Origin: an uncultured Thermoprotei archaeon
GTDB lineage: Archaea; Thermoproteota; Thermoprotei; QMSL01; B3-G16
Direction: 5' to 3'
Length of the DNA stretch: 30,191 nt
Assembly: GCA_964517845.1 (NCBI GenBank)
Contig: CAZFCQ010000016.1
Location: 1-30,191 of the forward strand
In this document: positions 21,024 to 27,724 of the stretch, piece by piece
How positions within the stretch are numbered: position 1 is the stretch's first letter
Layout of the letters: the number at the start of each line of letters is the position of its first letter
Notes under the pieces: model-generated
The model's database searches: none
Told to the model about the DNA's origin: nothing
The model's input: only the letters and a program-made list of their open reading frames with translations
Program-made: the position numbers and the translations under genes

Positions 21024-22068
21024 TTATTTTCTAAAGAACTTATACTCCATACTCTTCCTTCTTTTCCATAAAGGCGGATATGTACCTCGTTTCATAATAA
21101 CTCTTACAGGTTTAACAGCAAGTCCTCTATCCTTTTTATACATATCCTCACTAGCCATAAGTGCCTCTCCAAGCGCTACCAATTCTCCTTTTTGGGTCAT
21201 TATTGCTACTAAGTCTCCTTTCTTGATTCCACTCTCTAATCTTAATATTCCAGGAATAGCTAGCGTAGCTCCGTTACATATAGCATCTACTGCAGAGTCT
21301 CTTATTACTACCTTAGGTAAATGTTCTACACCTCTCTCCATGGGTAATATTACCTTTCTGATCCACCTTTCATCTTTTTCTTCGATCCAGAACTTGTAAG
21401 CATCTACGACATCGTATAATGTAACTAAAGTTTCATCTTCTCTAAATGGCCCTACTCTTGTTCTCCTAAGTTCCTTCATATGTGCACCTACACCAAGTAC
21501 TTCCCCTATGTCATGGCAGAGCTTCCGCATATAGGTTCCTGCTTCACACCCTATTCTTAAGAGAACATCTCTTCCTTGAATCTCTAGAATACGTATGTAG
21601 TATACGCGCTTTATTCTTACAACACGTTTTACAGAAGATCTTAAAGGAGGTCTCTGGTATATGGGTCCTATGAATTCGTTAATGACTTTTTCTAGTTTGT
21701 CTTCGCTTACGTCTCCATGAAGTCTCATTACACATACATACTCTTTTCCAGCCTGAAGTAACGCACGTATTATTCTAGTTCCTCGACCTAAAGCTATAGG
21801 TAAAATACCAGAAACTTTAGGATATCCCCGCCCATAAGGGCTCTAGGGTCCCTCCATGACCTGCATTTTCAATATTAAGAATTCGCTTAACCCAGGCAAC
21901 TATTTCATGACTCGTAGGCCCTGGAGGCTTATCTAAATTTATTATTCCACTGTTTAATAACTCCTCTACGCTACGTTTATCAGGCGGGCATCCATATCTA
22001 GGATCTGTAGGCTCCTCATCTTTAATAAGTACTTCACGTTTAATATCTGCTGGTAACATATGCATCAA
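21024..22068 (-). CDS. cbf5: tRNA/rRNA pseudouridine synthase Cbf5 (H/ACA RNP catalytic subunit), interrupted by a 19-nt intron
   Basis: The 83-aa ORF (...KPPGPTSHEIVAWVKRIL...GHGGTLEPLWAGIS*) and the 234-aa ORF (MRLHGDV...PUA domain) are the two halves of one TruB-family protein, in different frames. Removing 19 nt gives [45 protein letters not shown]. Joined length is 1026 nt, 341 aa. Start candidates are TTG 22068, ATG 22065 and ATG 22059, just after GGTGAT. Confidence 0.9.
21824..21842 (-). other. BHB (bulge-helix-bulge) splicing-endonuclease-type intron in cbf5 pre-mRNA, 19 nt (boundaries +/-1 nt)
   Basis: RNA reading on the minus strand: GGGA|CCCU|AGA|GCCC-UUAU-GGGC|GGGG|AUA|UCCU. Outer helix GGGA/UCCU (4 bp, one G-U). 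Central 4-bp helix CCCU/GGGG (one G-U). Two 3-nt bulges, AGA and AUA. Inner hairpin GCCC/GGGC. Cutting after the second nt of each bulge joins CUAG to AUCCUAAA, giving CUA GAU CCU AAA (L D P K). Confidence 0.8.
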
Positions 22069-22079
22069 ATCACCAAAAA

Positions 22080-22385
22080 TTAGGATAAAGGAATCTCTTC
22101 AAAAGCAGGCTTTACTTTCTTTTTCATCTCTTCTATCAACCCTGCCTCTTCTAATGCTTTCTTGACTTCTTCATCGGAGGCGCCTCTTCTTATGTTTATT
22201 TTGTAGGGTGTTGGTTCAAGGTGTTTAACATTAGCTCTCCTTCTCTTAACTCCACTGACTTCCTTAGGTCCAGTTACAAGAACGAATCTATCATCTATTA
22301 TATCTACTATAACACATTTCCTACCAGCTTCTCTACCCATGGTCTTTACACATACTCTACCTATATCAAAGACTGAGACAGGCAT
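22080..22385 (-). CDS. rpl14e: 50S ribosomal protein L14e (eL14)
   Basis: [31 protein letters not shown]...VLVTGP (KOW motif). The ATG at 22385 lies 5 nt after GGAGGAGA; the track ORF starts 36 nt earlier. Confidence 0.9.
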   Translation of the reverse strand: MPVSVFDIGRVCVKTMGREAGRKCVIVDIIDDRFVLVTGPKEVSGVKRRRANVKHLEPTPYKINIRRGASDEEVKKALEEAGLIEEMKKKVKPAFEEIPLS

Positions 22386-22488
22386 GAATCTCTCCTCCTT
22401 TACTAACAGGGTTATAATCATTCCTTACTATTTTAAAAATTTAGCTCATATCACATATCCTTATAATAATCGATCATTACCCCTTTTT

Positions 22489-23049
22489 CTAGTCTTTACT
22501 AGCATGCTTCAAATACTCTTCTACAAAAACCTCGAGTATCCTTCTTATAGATTCTACAGGCAATTTTGATGTATTTATAATTAAATCAAATATTGATAAG
22601 TCGCTAACATCAATACCATATATCTCTAAATATCTTCTTCTGTTACTCTCCTCACGAATTCTTAGTTCTTCTAATGCTTCTTGAAATTTCTTACCTTCTC
22701 TTTCAGCTAGACGTCTAGCTCTCTCTTCTAATGGAGCAGTAAGATAAATCTTTAAATCGCTATGTTCTCCAGTGATCCAAGCGGTTAAATGACCATCCAG
22801 TACTACATTTCCTTTCTTTGCCTCTTCAATACTTCTTTTATCTACCATGATATCGTATTTATAGTCTTTTTCTGCTATTCTATGGAACTCTTCTAAGCTA
22901 ATTCCTATCTCTCGTGCCATCTCTCTAAAAAGAGCTCCTGCTGAGACATACTTAAGATTGAATCTTTTTGCAAGATATTTCGCATGAGTAGTTTTGCCAG
23001 AGGCAGGAGGGCCGCTTACGGCTATCACTATGCCTCTTTTAGAATTCAT
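22489..23049 (-). CDS. cmk: cytidylate (CMP) kinase, archaeal type
   Basis: 186 aa with P-loop IAVSGPPASGKTT followed by SAGALFREMA. Sits in the canonical rpl34e-cmk-rpl14e position. Confidence 0.9.
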   Translation of the reverse strand: MNSKRGIVIAVSGPPASGKTTHAKYLAKRFNLKYVSAGALFREMAREIGISLEEFHRIAEKDYKYDIMVDKRSIEEAKKGNVVLDGHLTAWITGEHSDLKIYLTAPLEERARRLAEREGKKFQEALEELRIREESNRRRYLEIYGIDVSDLSIFDLIINTSKLPVESIRRILEVFVEEYLKHASKD

Positions 23050-23315
23050 ATCTTTACCATCTGCCTAACCGCAACCTTAATACCTTCTCTTAGACAACGA
23101 GGACATACGTTCCCAGCATAGGGCCTTCCTGGAGTTCTATATCCCTTGCGTTCTTCGCGTATAGTCATCCTAGGAATATTGAGTTTACGTCCACATATAG
23201 CACACTTAGGGTAGTCATGTTTCTTCCTTTCATAGTGAATCTTAGTTGTGCCTCCAGGGGTTCTAACAAATCTTCTTCTCCAACCCTTTTTGCTTCTATG
23301 TGTTGGCCTAGGCAT
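23046..23315 (-). CDS. rpl34e: 50S ribosomal protein L34e (eL34)
   Basis: 89 aa, basic, with a Zn-ribbon-like CAICG...CPRC and RRRFVRTPGG. Confidence 0.9.
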   Translation of the reverse strand: MPRPTHRSKKGWRRRFVRTPGGTTKIHYERKKHDYPKCAICGRKLNIPRMTIREERKGYRTPGRPYAGNVCPRCLREGIKVAVRQMVKI

Positions 23316-23321
23316 ATGTAT

Positions 23322-23825
23322 TCACCTTGTCTTAATACCAAGGAATCTCCTAAATATAAACGATACTGCAAATATAGCTATAAAATACCAACTGTTAAAG
23401 TCTAACCATCTTCCCAGAAGGGGAAAGTATGCCACCTCGCTTGTTGCTATAACCCTATTAAAAAGATTCCATAATGCTAAGAGAGGGAAGAAGAGGACTA
23501 CCCAAGCTCTCATACTAGCCTTAAAGACCTCAACTTGCAATCGCTCTATTCTTCTCTTTCTTTTATTAAGTCTATCTAGAGTCTTCTTATCTCCACTTTT
23601 CAGTGCCTTCATATACTTACTTCGCCATTCCATTATTTCACTTTGATATCTATTCAACTTGTCTATATCAGTCATTGCTCTATAGATTATGGCCGTTATA
23701 ACTTGGATGAAGATGCAAAAGAGTAGGACTGTTATGGCTGCATATGGTCTGTAGGCGAAAGGGCCTAGGAGTCCTCGTATTATTTCTGCTAATGATTGAA
23801 GAGGATCCATAAGTAATTCACCCAT
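23322..23825 (-). CDS. DUF106/EMC3-like membrane protein (archaeal YidC/Oxa1-like insertase family)
   Basis: 167 aa with three hydrophobic segments flanking a basic coiled region (KYMKALKSGDKKTLDRLNKRKRRIERLQ). Conserved position upstream of rpl34e. Confidence 0.72.
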   Translation of the reverse strand: MGELLMDPLQSLAEIIRGLLGPFAYRPYAAITVLLFCIFIQVITAIIYRAMTDIDKLNRYQSEIMEWRSKYMKALKSGDKKTLDRLNKRKRRIERLQVEVFKASMRAWVVLFFPLLALWNLFNRVIATSEVAYFPLLGRWLDFNSWYFIAIFAVSFIFRRFLGIKTR

Positions 23826-23890
23826 TAGATGGCTTAATATTTTTACTTTTATTACCCTTTCTTAAGCCTTTTAAGTTACAGAGGTTAAAA

Positions 23891-23900
23891 TTTAAATATA
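23891..23900 (+). promoter_or_regulatory. TATA box candidate for EF-1alpha
   Basis: TTTAAATATA about 45 nt upstream of ATG 23943. The SD GGTGAT (23931-23936) is 6 nt before the ATG. Confidence 0.45.
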
Positions 23901-23942
23901 ACTCGTATTTAAGGGATTCTTGCTAGGTGGGGTGATAACTTA

Positions 23943-25271
23943 ATGTCGAGTAGCTCAAAGCCTCATCTCAATCTGGTTATACGGTGACCTTAAGGTCACC
24001 GGACCAAAATAGGGCATGTAGATCATGGTAAGTCAACTACAATGGGTCACTTAATATACCTACTAGGACAATTCGATGAAAGGAAATTCAAAGAATTGGA
24101 AGAAGAAGCTAAGAATCTAGGTAAAGAAAGCTTCAAATATGCTTGGATTCTTGATAAGTTGAAGGAAGAGCGTGAGCGTGGTCTAACAATAGACTTAGCC
24201 TTCTTAAAATTCGAAACTAGAAAATACTTCTTCACTATAATTGATGCTCCAGGTCACAGAGACTTCGTTAAAAACATGATAACTGGAGCTTCTCAAGCTG
24301 ACGCTGCAGTCCTAGTAGTGTCCGCTAAACAAGGAGAATTTGAAGCTGGCATGAGCCCCTTAGGACAGACAAGGGAGCATATATTCTTAGCTCGAACAAT
24401 GGGAATAGATCAAATGGTAGTCGTAATAAATAAGATGGATACTGTTAACTGGGATCGTAACCGATATGAGGAAATCAAGGCCCAACTAACTAAGCTATTA
24501 AGGATGTTAGGCTACAAAGTTAATAAGATTCCATTTGTACCTACATCTGGCTGGACAGGTGATAATCTAGTAGAACCGAGCAAGAACATGCCATGGTATA
24601 AAGGACCAACATTACTTGATGCGTTAGATATGTTGGAAGAGCCGCCAAGACCCATAGATAAGCCACTAAGAATACCCATACAGGATGTATACTCTATAAG
24701 TGGTGCTGGTACAGTCCCTGTAGGCAAAGTCGAAACTGGAGTATTAAAAGTAGGCGATACCGTAGTATTTATGCCAGCTAATAGAAAGGGAGAAGTTAAA
24801 TCTATAGAAACACACCATGTAAGGATACCCGAAGCTAAACCTGGTGATAATATAGGCTTTAATGTTAAGGGTGTCTCAAGAACTGATATTAGAAGAGGTG
24901 ACGTAGCAGGACATCCTGACAATCCACCAACAGTAGTTGAAGAATTTACTGGACGAATCATAGTACTATATCATCCAACAGCTATAGGCGAGGGTTACAC
25001 TCCTGTAATGCACGTACATACTGCAACTGTTGCTACACGCTTCGCTGAATTAGTAGCTAAACTAGATCCTAGAACTGGTGCTAAGCTAGAGGATCGTCCC
25101 AAATTCCTCAAACAAGGTGATGTAGCAATAGTTAGATTCAAACCACTAAAACCAGTTGTAGTCGAGAAATACGCAGAGTTCCCACCATTAGGAAGATTCG
25201 CAATACGAGACTCTGGAAGAACTGTTGCAGCGGGAACAGTGATAGACACTAAGCCCATGAAAATATCCTAG
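23943..25271 (+). CDS. tuf: translation elongation factor EF-1alpha (aEF1A), interrupted by a 27-nt intron-like element after codon 13
   Basis: The track ORF (24042.., MGHLIYLLG...) lacks the G1/P-loop. Upstream, ATG 23943 encodes [13 protein letters not shown], then CGG TGA CCT TAA..., then in frame [17 protein letters not shown]. Removing 27 nt gives [24 protein letters not shown]..., with the same spacing as the [21 protein letters not shown] form recalled for Sulfolobus. Joined length is 1302 nt, 433 aa. Confidence 0.88.
23981..24007 (+). other. BHB-type intron candidate in EF-1alpha pre-mRNA, 27 nt (boundaries ambiguous within the flanking AUA repeats)
   Basis: RNA: GGUU|AUA|CGGUGACC-UUAA-GGUCACCG|GACC|AAA|AUAGGG. 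Central 4-bp helix GGUU(23975-78)/GACC(24002-05), one G-U. 3-nt bulges AUA (23979-81) and AAA (24006-08). Perfect 8-bp inner hairpin, part of a 20-nt perfect palindrome 23982-24001. The outer exon-exon helix is weak, so this is a relaxed BHB. Two in-frame stops lie inside (TGA 23985, TAA 23991). Confidence 0.72.
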
Positions 25272-25275
25272 AAGA

Positions 25276-25280
25276 TTTTT
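25276..25280 (+). terminator. oligo-T tract just after the EF-1alpha stop (possible archaeal terminator)
   Basis: TTTTT lies 5 nt after the TAG and is followed by a TATA-like TTTATAT (25302-25308) ahead of rps10. Confidence 0.3.
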
Positions 25281-25342
25281 AGAGCTTTAAAACACTAAAA
25301 ATTTATATTTTTCAAGATTTTTCTCACTTAAGGTGATTATTT

Positions 25343-25651
25343 ATGGTCCGTAAAGCTCGAATACGCTTAGTCAGTACCGATTACCGCAAGCTTAATGAAA
25401 TTTGTGAAGAGATAAAGAATATTGCAAGAAAAACAGGTGTACGCATCTCAGGTCCTATCCCCTTGCCAACAAAAAGACTTGTAGTAGTCACTAGAAAAGC
25501 TCCTTCAGGAGAAGGTACTCATACATTTGACCACTGGGAATTAAGATTACATAAGCGACTTATTGATATGGATGCTGATGAACGTGCTCTTAGACAATTA
25601 ATGAGAATCCGAGTACCAGAAGATGTACATATAGAAATAGAACTCATATAG
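25343..25651 (+). CDS. rps10: 30S ribosomal protein S10 (uS10)
   Basis: 102 aa, [20 protein letters not shown]...[19 protein letters not shown]...[17 protein letters not shown] lies 5 nt after GGTGAT. Confidence 0.95.
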   Translation: MVRKARIRLVSTDYRKLNEICEEIKNIARKTGVRISGPIPLPTKRLVVVTRKAPSGEGTHTFDHWELRLHKRLIDMDADERALRQLMRIRVPEDVHIEIELI

Positions 25652-25705
25652 CCTCAGAAGAGGTCCACTCATCACTGTTCTGCACTCGGCAAATTCTTCA
25701 TCGGC
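25651..25705 (-). ncRNA. C/D box sRNA candidate (2'-O-methylation guide)
   Basis: Minus-strand reading: GCC-G-AUGAAGA(C, one mismatch)-AUUUGCCGAGUG(12 nt)-CAGA(D')-ACA-GUGAUGA(C')-GUGGACCUCUU(11 nt)-CUGA(D)-GGC. The box order, the 12/11-nt spacers, the 3-nt D'-C' loop and the GCC/GGC terminal stem all fit archaeal C/D sRNAs. Targets were not identified. Confidence 0.5.
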
Positions 25706-25737
25706 ATAACTATTAATAATCGAACATACTTATTAAG

Positions 25738-25743
25738 TTATAT
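25738..25743 (+). promoter_or_regulatory. TATA box candidate for tRNA-Ser
   Basis: TTATAT is centred about 24 nt upstream of the tRNA 5' end at 25764. Confidence 0.4.
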
Positions 25744-25763
25744 GAAGCTACTCACTTCTTAAC

Positions 25764-25851
25764 GCCGGGGTGGCCGAGCGGACTAAGGCGCCGGCCTTGA
25801 GAGCCGGTGGGTGATAAGCCCGCGCGGGTTCGAATCCCGCCCCCGGCGCCA
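25764..25851 (+). tRNA. tRNA-Ser (anticodon UGA), class II long variable arm, CCA encoded, intronless
   Basis: Acceptor GCCGGGG/CCCCGGC, 3-bp D stem GCC/GGC, anticodon stem CCGGC/GCCGG with loop CTTGAGA, 16-nt variable arm, T arm GCGGG-TTCGAAT-CCCGC, discriminator G, then CCA. Confidence 0.95.
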
Positions 25852-25868
25852 AGAACTTCCATTATAGA

Positions 25869-26807
25869 TTAACTTACAAACAAGTCTATATACTGATACT
25901 CCCCTAAGTAGCTCTCTAGCCTGCAGTGAGTGTTCTCGTCTAGCCATATTATAGGGATGAACTTGTTTCCGTATATGATTTTATTTAACTTTGCAAGTCC
26001 CTCAATATGCTTAATATTAAGGCCTTGATCTAAGGAATTAATTTCCTCTAGACTTAACTTCAATTTTACAAGATCTTCAATAATCTCCTGTATGACATCG
26101 TAATTAAAGCCTAGATCTCTAAGAGTCTTCACAAGATGTTTAACTTCAGCATTCAAGCAAGCAGCACCAGAGCACTTATGATATAACATTACATGTACTC
26201 TACTAAGATATTTTTCTAAGACCTTAGGCTCCTGGCCAACATATCTTGATAGTGGGTAAGGAAATACAGCTGCTATAAGTTTAACATCAAGCTCCTTAGC
26301 TCTATCATATAGTATTGATAATAGGTTTTCTACATGCTCAGTTCTAGCGTACGCTAGCTCATCTAAAAGTTCAAGTAAGCCCTGCCTCGTTGGTCTACGT
26401 AAAATATTCTTAAATGAATCTCTAAGATGTCTAAGCTTTGAATATAACTCTAAGCTATAGCTACAGAAACACGTTGTTAGGAAATATAACCCATCTATAG
26501 GTGATGGAAGTCTAATAGCATCGAGCATGAGCTTTTTATAGCCTAATGAATGAGCTCTCTCTAAGGCCTCTAAAGAATAGTTAATGATGCCTGGCTTAGC
26601 TATACAGCCACTATTGTTAAATGCAAAGAGATATTTCCTCCCATATATATCCTCGACACCCTCATCGATATTCATAGCTTTTGGGACCCATAAAAGGGGG
26701 ACTAATTTCTCATCAAAAGTATTGATCTTATCAAGGCTAGTATAAATAACATCGGGCTTTAGCCCTAAGTTTTTTATCTTTGAAACTTTGCCGAATACTC
26801 CTATCAT
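25869..26807 (-). CDS. hypothetical protein (312 aa), family not recognised
   Basis: Long uninterrupted ORF with the same codon style as the core genes. No motif I can name. The alternating pattern could fit an alpha/beta barrel, but that is a guess. Confidence 0.6.
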   Translation of the reverse strand: MIGVFGKVSKIKNLGLKPDVIYTSLDKINTFDEKLVPLLWVPKAMNIDEGVEDIYGRKYLFAFNNSGCIAKPGIINYSLEALERAHSLGYKKLMLDAIRLPSPIDGLYFLTTCFCSYSLELYSKLRHLRDSFKNILRRPTRQGLLELLDELAYARTEHVENLLSILYDRAKELDVKLIAAVFPYPLSRYVGQEPKVLEKYLSRVHVMLYHKCSGAACLNAEVKHLVKTLRDLGFNYDVIQEIIEDLVKLKLSLEEINSLDQGLNIKHIEGLAKLNKIIYGNKFIPIIWLDENTHCRLESYLGEYQYIDLFVS

Positions 26808-26988
26808 GATCGTACCTAGGAAATAATATCTAAAAATAATTATAAAGGAATGTTACATTCTTAACGGTACTTATCCTCATTTCACAGAAATTAAGTTCCT
26901 ATAACTTAAGAGGTGTAATGTACTGAAAGTCTCAATTTAGCTGAATTAAATATAGTTGGTCTCAAGTTATAACATGAGGTCATTCCTT

Positions 26989-27389
26989 ATGTCGTAATTA
27001 GAAGTGAGGCTAAAGACTGGTTTGATGGTGCTTTAATAGACTTAGAGGAAGCTAAAGATGCCTTTAATAGAGGTCGATTTAACTGGGCTCTCTTCGCTGC
27101 TCATCAAGCTGTAGAAAAAGCGCTAAAAGCAGCATATATAGCTTTAAAGAGAGAAAGGCCTCCTAGATCTCATGATTTAACTAGGCTATTACAAGGATTA
27201 GACCTTAGTATATCTGAGGATTTAATTAGAGGTATCTCCGAACTATCTCCATATTATACGATAGCCTAGTATCCAAATGCAGGTCTTGAAAGACCTTGGG
27301 AAAGTATCAAAAGAGGAACTGCTGAAAGGCTTATTGAAGTAGCTAAGAGGGTTATCGAAATTGTCGAAGAGAAAATCTATCTTAAATGA
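26989..27389 (+). pseudogene. HEPN-domain protein (toxin half of a HEPN/MNT pair), apparently inactivated by a frameshift at codon 2-3 and an in-frame TAG
   Basis: The frame-0 reading VVIRSEAKDWFDGALIDLEEAKDAFNRGRFNWALFAAHQAVEKALKAAYIALKRERPPRSHDLTRLL...LSPYYTIA*YPNAGLERPWESIKRGTAERLIEVAKRVIEIVEEK is a typical HEPN fold sequence. The only SD-positioned start (GGTCAT plus 5 nt, then ATG 26989) reads ATG TCG TAA in another frame. TAG at 27267-27269 sits where family members usually have the R of the conserved RYP motif. Confidence 0.6.
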
Positions 27390-27711
27390 ATTAAGAATAC
27401 CCATTGAGATTAAGAATACACTCAAAGAGTTCATAGATAATGCTATCAGGGAGTTTAAACAAGTTGAGATATATCTATTCGGGAGTTATGCTAAAGGAAC
27501 GTGGCTTAAAGATAGCGATATAGACTTAATAGTTATTACACCTAAATTCAAAGGTCTAAGCTTAGGAGAGCGGTATCTCAAAACAAGACGATTAATCTCC
27601 AAAAAAGTCTCCGTAGAACTACTACTGTACACGCTTGAGGAATTTAAAGAAGTAAGGAAAAAGAGCATTATAATACAAGATGCATCAGAATACTGGATAA
27701 AGCTAGCATAG
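27361..27711 (+). CDS. minimal nucleotidyltransferase (MNT, Pol-beta superfamily), partner of the HEPN gene
   Basis: 116 aa with LFGSYAKGTWLKDSDIDLIV (the GS...DxD nucleotidyltransferase signature). TTG start overlaps the HEPN reading frame by 29 nt. Confidence 0.8.
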   Translation: MSKRKSILNELRIPIEIKNTLKEFIDNAIREFKQVEIYLFGSYAKGTWLKDSDIDLIVITPKFKGLSLGERYLKTRRLISKKVSVELLLYTLEEFKEVRKKSIIIQDASEYWIKLA

Positions 27712-27724
27712 AGAATTCAACTTG

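Noticed and set aside
23165-23646. ORFs of 62-132 aa overlapping rpl34e and the DUF106 gene
   Set aside because: They overlap two well-supported minus-strand genes, and their composition is typical of out-of-frame or antisense reading.
23979-24011. Translational bypass (gene-60-like hop) between the two ATA codons flanking the tuf insert, or a transposon excision footprint with an ATA duplication
   Set aside because: A hop would yield LNLVIGH, one residue shorter than the conserved spacing, whereas BHB splicing restores it exactly. The geometry also matches the cbf5 intron nearby. A footprint in a pseudogene cannot be excluded without the whole genome, so both are listed as refutation routes rather than dismissed outright.
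24047-25258. Three antisense ORFs inside EF-1alpha
   Set aside because: Shadow ORFs of a highly conserved gene.
27267-27269. In-frame TAG in HEPN as pyrrolysine or programmed readthrough
   Set aside because: Pyrrolysine is restricted to methanogen-type lineages with the pyl genes, and nothing here suggests that. The gene also has an independent frameshift at its start, so decay is the simpler reading.
27282-27295. 14-nt perfect palindrome GGTCTTGAAAGACC inside the HEPN frame, considered as another intron or hairpin
   Set aside because: It encodes residues (GLERP) that align without any gap to the HEPN family pattern. There are no flanking 3-nt bulge/4-bp helix geometry and no frame problem for it to solve.
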